Shown piece by piece: positions 9,087-19,847 of a stretch of 64,000 nucleotides of DNA (positions are counted from its first letter, which is position 1; each line of letters begins with the position of its first letter). Source of the stretch: an uncultured virus (IMG/VR IMGVR_UViG_3300043094_000104) (taxonomy: Duplodnaviria; Heunggongvirae; Uroviricota; Caudoviricetes); the IMG/VR virus record IMGVR_UViG_3300043094_000104. One strand, written 5' to 3'. Made by a program: the position numbers and the translations under genes. A model generated the notes under the pieces. It was not told where the DNA came from, searched no databases, and was given only the letters and a program-made list of their open reading frames with translations.

Positions 9087-10295
9087 TTACCCACTAATAT
9101 AATCGTCTATATTAATCTTTTTTAAGTGAACCGTACTATCATGGAAAGCTTTCATGCTACTATTTAAGATAATACCACCTATTTCAGTAGTAAGTAATCC
9201 TATATTTTTACTTCCCATTTTATAATAATAATTTCCAGCACATTTATTACAAATTTTATCTCCTTTACAGAATAATGGAGATCTCATCTTTACTAATTTA
9301 TTAATATACTTTGATTTATTTTCATTATTTAATTCAACTAGTTGACCAGTTGTTGGATCTTTTATATAACGGAATTTAAATTTATTAAATATATCTTCAG
9401 TAAGTACAAATTCATAAAATAATTTAGTTCCACAATCAGAATTTTCTTCATCAAGAACTGATGACTGAAAACTTGTAGTCATAATTTTATTTTGATAACC
9501 ACCTTTTTGTGTTTCAACTGCTTTATTATATGTACCAGAAATACTCATATCACAATAATATTTAAACTCTTCTGGTTTAATTCCTTCATCTAGATTACTT
9601 GTAGATATATAACTTTCATTTGTAACGAAGTCTTTTACTGCTCCACGCATAATACTTGTATTTTTATAGTTATTATCGAAACTACCACGACAACCACTAT
9701 CATAAATTTGCATAGCAGGGCTATCTTTATATTCTTCTTTAGCTATATTTAATAATTCATTTTCAATTTTAGAAGTTACTACTAAATCACCATTTTTTAT
9801 AGCTGTATCATTTTCTTTAATTAATTCTTTCTTACGTTTTTCTACTTTAGGATTAGTTATAATAAAATCAGCTGATAATGATGAATTAATAAATTTACCA
9901 CAATAAAAACCAAACCAATTGACTTTATCTAAAAAGTCTCTAACTTCTTGCATATCAAGTTTATCTTCAGTAAATTTATCAATAATTTCACCTAATAATC
10001 CATTAATATTTTTACCAAAGGCTTTATTTTGATAACCAATCAATTTTCCTATATTTTCACTAAGTATTAATAAATTAAATATATATCTACCTACCGTAGT
10101 AGGCTCAGCTTTTTTATTATAAAGTTTTTCAGCAGGAAGAACAAAATAATCTTGTGGACAAAATTTAGGTTTTTTATTTTTAGTAAATGCAAAAAAATCT
10201 TCTAATAAAGGACCATTAACATCATCAGAAGTTAATTGTAATAATAATTTAATTTCTTCTTCACCAAGAGATCTTCCTTTAATAACTTTTTCCAT
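9087..10295 (-). CDS. Multisubunit RNA polymerase beta-prime C-terminal fragment (probably virion RNAP)
   Basis: Bridge-helix-like KAVETQKGGY, DCGT, MRSPLFC...ICNKCAG, NIGL...MKAFH. Confidence 0.85.
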   Translation of the reverse strand: MEKVIKGRSLGEEEIKLLLQLTSDDVNGPLLEDFFAFTKNKKPKFCPQDYFVLPAEKLYNKKAEPTTVGRYIFNLLILSENIGKLIGYQNKAFGKNINGLLGEIIDKFTEDKLDMQEVRDFLDKVNWFGFYCGKFINSSLSADFIITNPKVEKRKKELIKENDTAIKNGDLVVTSKIENELLNIAKEEYKDSPAMQIYDSGCRGSFDNNYKNTSIMRGAVKDFVTNESYISTSNLDEGIKPEEFKYYCDMSISGTYNKAVETQKGGYQNKIMTTSFQSSVLDEENSDCGTKLFYEFVLTEDIFNKFKFRYIKDPTTGQLVELNNENKSKYINKLVKMRSPLFCKGDKICNKCAGNYYYKMGSKNIGLLTTEIGGIILNSSMKAFHDSTVHLKKINIDDYISG

Positions 10296-10454
10296 ATAAT
10301 ATTCTCTCCTTTCAAAATTTAATAATTAATAGTTGTATGTCATATTTAAGTATATAACTTTAAAAAAGAGATTTTTTATATTAAAATAAAATTAACATAA
10401 AAATGGTATAAGGATTTAATCCTTATACCATTTTTAATTAAAATCTATTAAAAA

Positions 10455-12170
10455 TTATAAACCATAATAATCTTCATAATAATCTTCGAAATAATCCATA
10501 TCCATTTCTTCATACATTTCTGTATAATATCTAATTTCTTCCATATCATATTCATCAATATCATCAAAAGATTCATAAATAGCTTCATAGAACTGTTCAT
10601 TAAATTCTAATAAATCAGAATAATCATAATCTTCACAATAATAACCTAAAGATTCCTTTAATGATTTCTTTGCTTTTTGCATTGCTTTCCATTCTTCATA
10701 AGAAACCTTAGATCTCTTTCTAGGATTTTCAGCTACCCATTTTTCATATTGCTTCTTGTCATAAACTTTCTTACCAGCAACAATACCTGTAGTAATAGCT
10801 GCTGCACCTGCTGCACCTGCTATCATTGCACCAGTATGTTTATTACCTGATTTTTCATCAGTTTTATTCTCAGTGCTTTTAGCAACTTTATTTGATGGAA
10901 GATTTGTATCAGTCTTAGGTGTAGGAGCGGAAGGTGTAGGAGCGGAAGGTGTAGGAGCGGAAGGTGTAGGAGCAGGAGTAGTCTTCTTTGGCTCTTCTGC
11001 AGCAGCAATAGCTCTACTATTAATTCTTTCAGCTTCCTCTCTTGTTTTAGTTTCAACACCTTTAAGAATTGGTGATGTTCTTCCTTCAGCATTTCTCTTT
11101 GCAACAACTTGATTACCAGCATCTTGACCTGGATTACCATTTCTTCTATTTTCTTTTTTCTGTCCTAAAACTTCTCCAGAAAATTCATCTCTTTTAGTTG
11201 ATATATTATTTTTACTTCTGTTATAATGATCTGCTTTAGTTTCAGCTGTTTTTATTTTCTGTTTATTTCCAGATTTTTTAGCACCTTCTAAGTTAGTATT
11301 AGCTTGTTTACTTCTATTCTCTTTAAATTCAGCAAGCTCTCCTGAATGAGTACTTGTTTGATTTGCATGTGTAATTGGTTTACCCTTTGGAGTATGTGTT
11401 GTTTGAGCTTTAATTCTATCTTCTAATGCCTTTTCTGGATCTTTTTCTCTATTTGAATTCTTTTGTTGTAATCTTTGCTGTTGATCTTGATTTTTTTTCT
11501 TTGCTGCTTCTACTTCATCTCTTGTCATTCCAGTAGCTGCTGCAATTTTTGAAGTAGCTTTACCATTGGCAATCATTTCTCTTTTCTTAGCAGCATCTCT
11601 TGACTGTTGAGTTGTTGCAGTGCTTCTTTCATCTGAATCTTTATTAAATTTATCTAAAGCAGCAGCTGCCTGTCTTTTTGATACATTTTTAAATTGATTG
11701 TCATAAACTTGTCTGCTTTGTGCACCAAAGCTAGCCATACTATTTTTATCCTTATCATGTTTTGTAGCATAGTAATCTTTTTTAACAGAAGCAGCACCAG
11801 TTAATTGGTTTCTTTGTTTATGTAAGTTAGCTAATTCTTTTTTTTCATAATCAGTTTTATTTTTTTTACGTTGTAATCTTTTAATTTCATCATCTAAGTC
11901 AGTTACTCTTTCATCAGTACCTGCTGCAGCATTTAAACGGTCAGTTAATGCATTTTCTGTTAAATAATCAAATGCTTCTGAATAATAATCATAGAGTGCG
12001 TCATACATGCCTGCAATTGCAGCATCTTCATAAAAAGCATCTTCATAGAAATAATCATTTAAATCATCAGAATATTCTGGATCATAATTTTCTATTAAAT
12101 AATCATATGCTTCATTGTATATATATTCTTCATTTAATAAATATTCATATTCTTCATCGATATAAAACAT
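10455..12170 (-). CDS. Putative internal head/ejected protein with acidic Tyr-rich termini and basic core
   Basis: Y/E/D-rich termini with LNE/LTE/LKE sites, K/R-rich core, hydrophobic AMIAGAAGAAAITTGIVAG segment. Confidence 0.55.
   Translation of the reverse strand: MFYIDEEYEYLLNEEYIYNEAYDYLIENYDPEYSDDLNDYFYEDAFYEDAAIAGMYDALYDYYSEAFDYLTENALTDRLNAAAGTDERVTDLDDEIKRLQRKKNKTDYEKKELANLHKQRNQLTGAASVKKDYYATKHDKDKNSMASFGAQSRQVYDNQFKNVSKRQAAAALDKFNKDSDERSTATTQQSRDAAKKREMIANGKATSKIAAATGMTRDEVEAAKKKNQDQQQRLQQKNSNREKDPEKALEDRIKAQTTHTPKGKPITHANQTSTHSGELAEFKENRSKQANTNLEGAKKSGNKQKIKTAETKADHYNRSKNNISTKRDEFSGEVLGQKKENRRNGNPGQDAGNQVVAKRNAEGRTSPILKGVETKTREEAERINSRAIAAAEEPKKTTPAPTPSAPTPSAPTPSAPTPKTDTNLPSNKVAKSTENKTDEKSGNKHTGAMIAGAAGAAAITTGIVAGKKVYDKKQYEKWVAENPRKRSKVSYEEWKAMQKAKKSLKESLGYYCEDYDYSDLLEFNEQFYEAIYESFDDIDEYDMEEIRYYTEMYEEMDMDYFEDYYEDYYGL
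10918..10977. repeat. 15-nt coding tandem repeat (APTPS, about 4 copies)
   Basis: GGTGTAGGAGCGGAA repeated. Confidence 0.9.
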
Positions 12171-12196
12171 ATTTAAAAACCTTCTTTTTTATTATT

Positions 12197-12847
12197 TTAA
12201 AATAATTCTAAAATTTCACTTACTGAATATCCCTCATCTACAAGACTTTCAATAATTATCATATCCTGATAATCATCAGTATATCCAGATTCAAGATAAT
12301 ATTCTTCCTTTAATGGCTTTCCATTAGCAACCCACTGCTTATAAGAAACCTTAGAACGTTTTCTTGGATCTGCTTCTTGCCATGCTTTATAATGTTTTTT
12401 ATCAATAAGTGTTTTAGCACCTACAGCTAAACCTGCAACTGCTGCTGTACCACCAGCTACAGCTATGCCTGTTTTTAAATTTTTATTTTGTCTATTTGCT
12501 TTTTCTAATTCTTGTTTAGTATAATTATGATCAGATCTTTCAAAACCTAATCTCTGTCTTAATTTTTCATTTGTATTTTCTAAGTTATTAATTCTCTTCT
12601 TTCTTGCTGCTGCAATAAGTTCAGTTTTCTTTTTTTGTGTAAGTTTACCAACTTCACCATCTTTAGAATACTTAGGATTCTTATTTTTACTAACTGGTTG
12701 TTCGACTGGTCTCCAGCCATTTTCATCCATTGTTTGTCTAACCATATCGTCAGTCCAGCCCTTTTTTTTCATTTCTCGTTTGTAACGATTTGATTCTAAA
12801 AGTGCATCACAATATCCTTCTAAATAAATATCATCATAATAATACAT
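12197..12847 (-). CDS. Putative internal head protein, paralog of 10455 C-terminal region
   Basis: Start MYYYDD after SD GAAAGGAG; IYLEGYCDALLES tag; DPRKRSKVSYKQW matches NPRKRSKVSYEEW of 10455. Confidence 0.6.
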   Translation of the reverse strand: MYYYDDIYLEGYCDALLESNRYKREMKKKGWTDDMVRQTMDENGWRPVEQPVSKNKNPKYSKDGEVGKLTQKKKTELIAAARKKRINNLENTNEKLRQRLGFERSDHNYTKQELEKANRQNKNLKTGIAVAGGTAAVAGLAVGAKTLIDKKHYKAWQEADPRKRSKVSYKQWVANGKPLKEEYYLESGYTDDYQDMIIIESLVDEGYSVSEILELF

Positions 12848-12897
12848 AATAAAAAGAACTCCTTTCTTTTCCAATTCAAAAAAAAAAAAAATATTTA

Positions 12898-12909
12898 TAA
12901 TTATTTGTT
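12898..12909 (-). promoter_or_regulatory. Putative late promoter AACA-N6-TA
   Basis: AACA-AATAAT-TA upstream of a cargo gene; motif recurs at 11 other gene-oriented sites. Confidence 0.6.
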
Positions 12910-13088
12910 TTATTTATATATTATATAATTGAAGGAGGTAACAATTTATTTTAAAAAATTATAAAAATTTTGTCTTTCAATAAAAAAGAAACGAGATAAA
13001 AAATAATTATCATAAAAATTTAATATTATTATAATAATTTATAATAATATTAAAAATATTTAAATCAAATTTTATCGGAGGTTAAAAT

Positions 13089-15866
13089 ATGAGAATAACT
13101 TATATCAAACTTGAAAATTTCTTAGGAATCTATGCTGGTATGAAAAGAACCACTTTAGAAATTGATTTTAAGAATAATAAAAATAAAATAATTATTCTTA
13201 ACGCAGCTAATGGAAAAGGTAAAACTACACTTTTATCAATGTTGCAACCGTTGAGAGAAACATTAGATTGCAGAAAGGATATCGTAATTCCAGGTGAATT
13301 AGGTCATAAAGTTGTAGATTTAATTCATAATGATATTGAATATCATATCGAACATTTCTATGGAAAAAAGAATAAATCATTTATATCTAAAAATGGAGAA
13401 GAATTAAATGAAAATGGTAATATTAAATCCTTTAATCAAATAGCTAAAGAAGAATTAGGTATTGATGAAGAATATTTTAAAATTGGTAGAATAGGTTCTA
13501 ATGTATCTAATTTTATTGATCTAAAAGCTACTGATAGGAAAAAGTATATAACTGAATTTATTCCAAGCATTGATGAATATTTAGAAGCTTTTGATGTTAT
13601 TAAAGATAAGTATACATCATTTAATTCACAGATTAAATTTATTAAAAATACTATTGAAAAATATTCTGGTCTTAAAGAATTAGATGAAATCAAAACTTAT
13701 ATAACTCAATTAAATAATCAATATAATGATTTCCAGAAAAGATATATTGAAGTTAAATCTAAGATTAATAGTTTAGAAGATTCTAAAAAGAATTTAGAAG
13801 ATACTATTAAAAATTATATTAATGATAACACTCAGTTTATTATTAAAGATTTTGATTCAGATTTAAATGATATAACATTTTCTATTGATAACTTAGTAAC
13901 TGAAAAAGAAGAAGAAGTTAATAGATTAGTTAATATGCAGAATAATTTTATTATAAGTTATAAAATTCATGTAGAAGAAAATATTGAAGATTATATTAAG
14001 ACTTTAGAAAGAAAGTTTATAGCTAGAAAAGCTAAACTTGAATCTGAAATTGAAAATATTAATGATTTAATATTATCTTTAGAAACTACTAAAATTGATT
14101 GCTTAAATAAAATTGAATATTATACTAATAAGCTAGAATCTGTTAAGGAAAATGATTTATCTCCAGAGCAAGCTGAAGAAATTTCTAAGGAAATTGAAAG
14201 AACCAATAATGAATTAGCTTTAGCTAAAAATAATTTAACTATTTATGAAAGTAAATTTGATAAAGATGTTTTAGATGAATTATTAGAATTTTATAAGTCA
14301 CATACTTTCATAGATGGAAAAGAAATTATAGATAGTTATGATGTTCTTAAAGATAATTATTCAGAGCAAACATTCAATAATTATTATGATTATATTGAAA
14401 GTCATGAAACTCTTAGCTTAAATAGTTTAAATAATAAATATAATACTTTAAATGAAGAATTAAATAATATTAATAAACAGCTTAGTGAAATTGATGGAAG
14501 ACTTTCTTATGTAGATGAAACTCTGCCAAAAAGATCTGAAAAGTGTAATGATGATAATTGTAGTTTTATTAAATCAGCTTTAGAGATTCAAAAGAAAGAT
14601 GTTCCTCTTAGAGAGAAACTAGAAGCTAGAGTAAATGTTATTAATTCTGATATAGAAGAACTATTATCTAAGATTAATAGTATTTCAGAATATATTGAAA
14701 TTGATAATAGAGTTAAAACTCTAGAAAGTTATATCAAGCAATATATGCCAAATTATTTTGTTGAAAAGATTCTTAGTAAAAAATTATTAATCAATAATAA
14801 TACAACACTTTTAGAAGATATTGGTATTTTTACAATAGAAAAGATTATTAATATTAATAAAAATATTGAAGAATTAAATAACTATATTAATAAAATTACA
14901 ACACAATTAGAAAACTTTAAGATTTCTAAAACTCTTATTGATGAGTATTCTGAACAGCTAAAAAATTATAAAGAAATTTTAAATGAAAGCGAAAATAATC
15001 TTAAAGAGAATAAAGAGACTTTAAAAGATTTAACACTAAAATTAAATGATTCTGAAAAAAGAATTTCTATTTGTAATGAATATTATACTATTAATGAAGA
15101 ATTAACTAAAACTACTGAAGAATATAATGATATTTTAGATATTCATAAACATTTATTTGATTTATTAACAAATTATAGTGAATTTAAAAAGACAAATAAT
15201 GTTGACGAACTTAATAATGATTTAATCACATTTAAAAGAAATATTGACGAGATTAAGATTAAATTAGATGAAAATAATACTGCTGTAAAAATTATTGAAG
15301 ATAATATAAATAAACTTTCAGAGATTGAAGTAATTTATAATGATGTTTTATTAATTAAAGATGCTTTAGATCCTAAGAAAGGTATTCCAGTAGTATTTGC
15401 TAATGAGTATCTTAAAAGTATTGCAACTAATACTAATAAATTATTAAAAATTGCTTATGGTGAAAAATTTAAAATTCGTTTTAATATAACATCTACTGAC
15501 TTTCTTGTTGAAGTATATAAAAATGATGGAACATTTCTTACAGATATTAAACAAGCATCTCAGGGTGAAACTTCACTTACAAATGTTTCATTAAGTTTAG
15601 CAATGTTAGAATGTATGATTAAAAAGTATAATATCATTTATCTTGATGAAGTTGATTGTACTCTTTCAACTGAAAATAGAAAATTATTTATTGAGTTATT
15701 AGAAAAACAGATTGATGAATTAAATATTGAACAATGTTTTGTAATTTCTCATAATAATGAATTTTATGATAAGAATATTGACTTAATTCTTCTTGAAGGT
15801 CATGATTGTCCTTTAGATGATAAAGAATTTATGCAAGGTAAAAATGTAATTTTAAATTTAGAATAA
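13089..15866 (+). CDS. sbcC: SbcC/Rad50-like SMC ATPase
   Basis: Walker A NGKGKT, long coiled coil with central CxxxxC, signature ASQGE, Walker B IIYLDEVD, ISH. Confidence 0.85.
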   Translation: MRITYIKLENFLGIYAGMKRTTLEIDFKNNKNKIIILNAANGKGKTTLLSMLQPLRETLDCRKDIVIPGELGHKVVDLIHNDIEYHIEHFYGKKNKSFISKNGEELNENGNIKSFNQIAKEELGIDEEYFKIGRIGSNVSNFIDLKATDRKKYITEFIPSIDEYLEAFDVIKDKYTSFNSQIKFIKNTIEKYSGLKELDEIKTYITQLNNQYNDFQKRYIEVKSKINSLEDSKKNLEDTIKNYINDNTQFIIKDFDSDLNDITFSIDNLVTEKEEEVNRLVNMQNNFIISYKIHVEENIEDYIKTLERKFIARKAKLESEIENINDLILSLETTKIDCLNKIEYYTNKLESVKENDLSPEQAEEISKEIERTNNELALAKNNLTIYESKFDKDVLDELLEFYKSHTFIDGKEIIDSYDVLKDNYSEQTFNNYYDYIESHETLSLNSLNNKYNTLNEELNNINKQLSEIDGRLSYVDETLPKRSEKCNDDNCSFIKSALEIQKKDVPLREKLEARVNVINSDIEELLSKINSISEYIEIDNRVKTLESYIKQYMPNYFVEKILSKKLLINNNTTLLEDIGIFTIEKIININKNIEELNNYINKITTQLENFKISKTLIDEYSEQLKNYKEILNESENNLKENKETLKDLTLKLNDSEKRISICNEYYTINEELTKTTEEYNDILDIHKHLFDLLTNYSEFKKTNNVDELNNDLITFKRNIDEIKIKLDENNTAVKIIEDNINKLSEIEVIYNDVLLIKDALDPKKGIPVVFANEYLKSIATNTNKLLKIAYGEKFKIRFNITSTDFLVEVYKNDGTFLTDIKQASQGETSLTNVSLSLAMLECMIKKYNIIYLDEVDCTLSTENRKLFIELLEKQIDELNIEQCFVISHNNEFYDKNIDLILLEGHDCPLDDKEFMQGKNVILNLE

Positions 15867-15930
15867 ACTTATTTAAAAATTGAATAAATATAGAGATTAG
15901 GAAATAAATTCCTAATCTCTATATTTTTTT

Positions 15931-16173
15931 TTAGTTATTTCTCCATACAATAATTCCTGCTTTAGTATCATAAGGAGAGATTTCCACTTCAACAGAATCT
16001 TCTTCTGTAATCTGAATTTTATTCATTCTAAGCTTACCAGATAAAGAACAAATTACTTCAGCATTAAGGTCATCTAGAATTACCTTAAACTTAGTACCTG
16101 GAAGACAAGAATCAACAATTCCTGTTGCAGTGATATGTTCTTCTTTAACATACTTGTTTTTAATTTTTTTCAT
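15931..16173 (-). CDS. infA: Translation initiation factor IF-1
   Basis: KEEHI...G.V...LPGTKFKV...SGKLRMNKIQI...D.V.VEISPYD...G.IVWR. Confidence 0.93.
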   Translation of the reverse strand: MKKIKNKYVKEEHITATGIVDSCLPGTKFKVILDDLNAEVICSLSGKLRMNKIQITEEDSVEVEISPYDTKAGIIVWRNN

Positions 16174-16212
16174 AAGTTATTACTCCTATTGAAAATGTTG
16201 TTGTTTATATTT

Positions 16213-16689
16213 TTAATACTGATTATTTAAATACTTGTTGTCATATGAATTTTTTGAAAATGGCGGTGGAGTTGTCATTTGATTTGTATTCCAAGCATAG
16301 AAATCCTGTTCATATCTTTGAGGTTTTTCATATACTTGATAATCATCTTCAATCTTTCTTCCATACATATCATGATTAATAGAAATTGGATGATCTTCAT
16401 CTATCTTAATATAATCATGAATATCACAAGTATCAAATTCTTCTTTACTCATACCTCTATCAACTATTGGAGGAGTTATTAGAATAGATTTTTCACCAGA
16501 TACAATTGCATCAACAATTATATCAAATGTTTGTGCTACTACACCATAATTAGGAGATTCAAAAATACAAATTCCTTCATTGCGAGTAGTTCCAATTAAT
16601 TTAAATATAGGTGCTTCTTCTTTAATTTTAACACCATAAATATCATGAGCAAATTTAGCATTAGTATCGTTTCTAATTACTGTAATCAT
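16213..16689 (-). CDS. Hypothetical protein
   Basis: 158-aa ORF in operon orientation. Confidence 0.7.
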   Translation of the reverse strand: MITVIRNDTNAKFAHDIYGVKIKEEAPIFKLIGTTRNEGICIFESPNYGVVAQTFDIIVDAIVSGEKSILITPPIVDRGMSKEEFDTCDIHDYIKIDEDHPISINHDMYGRKIEDDYQVYEKPQRYEQDFYAWNTNQMTTPPPFSKNSYDNKYLNNQY

Positions 16690-16694
16690 AATAA

Positions 16695-18467
16695 TTAACC
16701 CCCGATATCTTCAGTTTCCTCAGTCTTAGAAGAAGTTTCATCTGTTACTTCAGAGGAACTATTAGAATCTGTTGTTTCTTCAACAATTTCTTCTACAGAA
16801 TCGGTAGTAGTAACATCTTCTTCTTTAATAATAATTCTATCAGTAGCGGAAGGAGTCTTTAAAGGTTTACCATCGACTTCAATTACCTTAACAAACTGAT
16901 CTGAAATTGCAATACTATCATTGTAACTATCAGATACCCAAGTACAGAAGCCATGTTTATAATTATCATCAGGAATTGCAATAAAGTAAACAGTAATTAA
17001 AGGTGTAGTTTTATCATCTTTAGAATAAACTTTTAATTCATAAACATGATTTTCAATAGCTTGCCATGCAATTTCATCATGAATAAAGCTATTTAAATTT
17101 CTAATTACTTGATTAGTTACTGAAAGATCTTCAATAGTTGCAGAATATTCATTCTTAGCAAAGTTTTCAATATTAACAGAAACTACATACTTCATATCAA
17201 TATTTAAATCTCTATTATCAACTTCTTCATGACCTTCAGAAGCTTCATTATTAAAATTAACACCAGACTTAGCAAATCTCATATCATAACGACCATTAAG
17301 TCTTACAGCATTAACATAATATCTAACACCATTATCTTGAACTGTAAATGTAGTCTGAGGAATAGTTTTATCTAATTCAAACCAAGTACCATCAATTGTA
17401 TCTTCCTTATAATACCAATTAAAGTCTTCTACTAACTTATAGAACTTATCAGGAATCATAAAGAAACTCCATTCGCCTGCAATATCCATATTTGTCTTAA
17501 ATGTAGCATCTGGTAAAATACAATCTAATACACCTTTCTTAACTACAATATTGTCTCTAGGATTCATATTAGTAAATGTAGAATGATAATTCTTAGAAAG
17601 CATTACTCTTAAAGCACTAGGTGAAATTTCTTTAATATTAGAAATAACAGATTCACCCATTGCAAAACCACCATTACCATAGTAAACAATAATCTTTTCT
17701 CTAACTGGAGGTGGAACTACTGGAAAAATAAATGGCTTATCTTCTTTCTTTGGTTCTGGAACTACATGAATTTTATTATTAAAGATTTCTTCATTATAAT
17801 AAGGATAATCATAGGGATTAATAGGAGTCATAGATGGTTTATTATCACTAGTAAAACTCATAATTTCTCCATCTCTCTTAGGCTGTTTATTATAATCAAT
17901 TTCATCTATTTCATTATAATATGGTGGATTATCATAATAATGTTTAGGTTCTCTAGTATATCTAGGTTCTTTAGAAATATTATCAAATACATCATAAAAA
18001 GGATTTGTTCTAGGATCATTAATATATCTAGGATCAATATCAGAATCTGGAATATTTTCTATAGAACTATCATTCTTATTAATTTTATAATAATCTTTCT
18101 TAGGTTGAGTTTCATTATTATCAAAAGAATAATTTTCTTTCTTTAATGGTGTATCAGGAATTCTAGAAAGATCTATATATCTATAATCTTTAGAACATAA
18201 TTCAATAAAATTATTTAAGAATACTTCAGCTTTATTCTTATCCTTAGCTTGATAACAAGTAACAGACTGAGATAACTCTGGATTAGTAAATAAAACTACT
18301 TCATAAAAAATCTTATCAATAAAACGTGGATCTCTAGGCACTGGAATATTATGAATTGCCTTTGGAGAATAAGGATATGTATTCTTACGCTGTTTTATTC
18401 TTGCACCATAAACAGTAAAAATACCAATATCATTTTTATAGCATGTTACGCTAAATGGATGATTCAT
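16695..18467 (-). CDS. Hypothetical protein (Pro/Tyr-rich linker, acidic tail)
   Basis: 590-aa ORF with SD AAGGAA. Confidence 0.75.
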   Translation of the reverse strand: MNHPFSVTCYKNDIGIFTVYGARIKQRKNTYPYSPKAIHNIPVPRDPRFIDKIFYEVVLFTNPELSQSVTCYQAKDKNKAEVFLNNFIELCSKDYRYIDLSRIPDTPLKKENYSFDNNETQPKKDYYKINKNDSSIENIPDSDIDPRYINDPRTNPFYDVFDNISKEPRYTREPKHYYDNPPYYNEIDEIDYNKQPKRDGEIMSFTSDNKPSMTPINPYDYPYYNEEIFNNKIHVVPEPKKEDKPFIFPVVPPPVREKIIVYYGNGGFAMGESVISNIKEISPSALRVMLSKNYHSTFTNMNPRDNIVVKKGVLDCILPDATFKTNMDIAGEWSFFMIPDKFYKLVEDFNWYYKEDTIDGTWFELDKTIPQTTFTVQDNGVRYYVNAVRLNGRYDMRFAKSGVNFNNEASEGHEEVDNRDLNIDMKYVVSVNIENFAKNEYSATIEDLSVTNQVIRNLNSFIHDEIAWQAIENHVYELKVYSKDDKTTPLITVYFIAIPDDNYKHGFCTWVSDSYNDSIAISDQFVKVIEVDGKPLKTPSATDRIIIKEEDVTTTDSVEEIVEETTDSNSSSEVTDETSSKTEETEDIGG

Positions 18468-18497
18468 AAATTATCATTCCTTTCTTTTTAATAAATT

Positions 18498-19739
18498 TTA
18501 TCTATATTTTGCTGGCATACGAATAGCAGGAGTTAATGGCATTGTATACATAAGATTAATAGACTCCTTAAATGTTACAGGCGTACCATCAGCTCTATAT
18601 CCAACAGTTCCTGATTTAACATTTCCTGAGAGAGGTTTACCATTTTTATCATAAATAATTGGATTACCATTATCATCTTTTTCAGGTCTTGTTGCAGATG
18701 GTTTATTAGTTGTTGATGTTTGAGCAGCAGCTTGTTGTGTATTACCATTGCCATTAGCAGGTGTAGTTTGTGTTGGTTGAGGTGTTTGGGTATTACCATT
18801 ACCAGCAGGAGCAGCAGCTTGTTGTGTATTACCATTGCCATTAGCAGGTGTAGTTTGTGTTGGTTGAGGTGTTTGGGTATTACCATTACCAGCAGGAGCA
18901 GCAGCTTGTTGTGTATTACCATTGCCATTAGCAGGTGTAGTTTGTGTTGGTTGAGGTGTTTGGGTATTACCATTACCAGCAGGAGCAGCAGCAGGAGCTT
19001 CTGGTTGACCTTTAGCCTTTCCTTGCTTCTTTTTTTCTTTCTCTTCTTCTCTTTTCGCTCTATTTTCTTGCATTCTAGCTTGTCCAGCAACAATTCTTTG
19101 TCCTCTTTCACTATTGGCATCAACTACTATATCATTACCATCTTTATCTTTTTTATTAAGTATAATATTATCAGTACCAGTTAAGTTTTCTCCTTTTTTA
19201 ACAGCTTTTTTAGCAGTTTTCTTATCACCAACAGACATAACAGCATCGCCCATTACATTATCAGAACCTATAGTTCTAGTTCTTGAAGCACCATTATATT
19301 GTTGTTGAGCTATTTCTGAATTTCTTGAAGTATTTCTAATATTTTTAATAGCACCACCAATACCACCAGATTGCTGCATAAAGTTACTTGCATTTTGTTT
19401 AAAGTTTTTAAAACCACCAGTTTCTGCACCTGTAGCTTTAGCGTTAGAGTTTACAGAGTTAATAGTTTTCTTAGCCATAGAGCCTGCAGCTACAGCGCCA
19501 CCTACCAATGCAGCGCCACCTAATAATTTTTTAAAGAAACCTTCATTAAGCATAATATTTTGTAAATATTCTGATTCACTTAAAGGCTCATAACCATTTT
19601 CTTCACAACTTTCTAAGTAATAATTATATGACTCTAATATATAACTTTCACACATTGAAATTGTTTTTTGATCATTTGGATCATCTATATCACATTGTGA
19701 TAGTCTTTCAACACATTCAGCTAAAAGATATAATTTCAT
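18498..19739 (-). CDS. Putative internal head protein with acidic propeptide
   Basis: Acidic N-terminus ending MLNE, then GFFKKLLGGAALVGGAVAAG; SYNYYLESCEENGYEPLSE resembles a segment of 62893; late-type promoter at 19787-19798. Confidence 0.55.
   Translation of the reverse strand: MKLYLLAECVERLSQCDIDDPNDQKTISMCESYILESYNYYLESCEENGYEPLSESEYLQNIMLNEGFFKKLLGGAALVGGAVAAGSMAKKTINSVNSNAKATGAETGGFKNFKQNASNFMQQSGGIGGAIKNIRNTSRNSEIAQQQYNGASRTRTIGSDNVMGDAVMSVGDKKTAKKAVKKGENLTGTDNIILNKKDKDGNDIVVDANSERGQRIVAGQARMQENRAKREEEKEKKKQGKAKGQPEAPAAAPAGNGNTQTPQPTQTTPANGNGNTQQAAAPAGNGNTQTPQPTQTTPANGNGNTQQAAAPAGNGNTQTPQPTQTTPANGNGNTQQAAAQTSTTNKPSATRPEKDDNGNPIIYDKNGKPLSGNVKSGTVGYRADGTPVTFKESINLMYTMPLTPAIRMPAKYR
18722..18991. 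repeat. 87-nt coding tandem repeat x3
   Basis: Encodes AAAPAGNGNTQTPQPTQTTPANGNGNTQQ; copies start at 18722, 18809, 18896. Confidence 0.95.
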
Positions 19740-19847
19740 AAAATTTCACCTTCTCTAATAATTTATTAAGTTAAATATACTTAGTATAAGAATTTGTTAA
19801 GGATTAATAAAAAATCAGTTTGTTCATAAAACAAACTGATTTTTAAC

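Noticed and set aside
10823..12205. Short alternative-frame or antisense ORFs (10823, 10873, 11948)
   Set aside because: Shadows of the 571-aa gene and its repeat; no SD seen, low-complexity translations
12878..12891. Poly-A tract as a phase-variation switch
   Set aside because: Lies upstream of the likely SD in a very AT-rich genome with many such runs; no evidence of variation
18722..18991. Direct repeats as a possible CRISPR array
   Set aside because: Contiguous identical units, multiple of 3, no spacers, no cas genes in window
18575..19308. ORFs 18575, 18720 and 19114 with repeated Cys/Leu motifs
   Set aside because: Alternative readings of the 87-nt coding repeat within 18498
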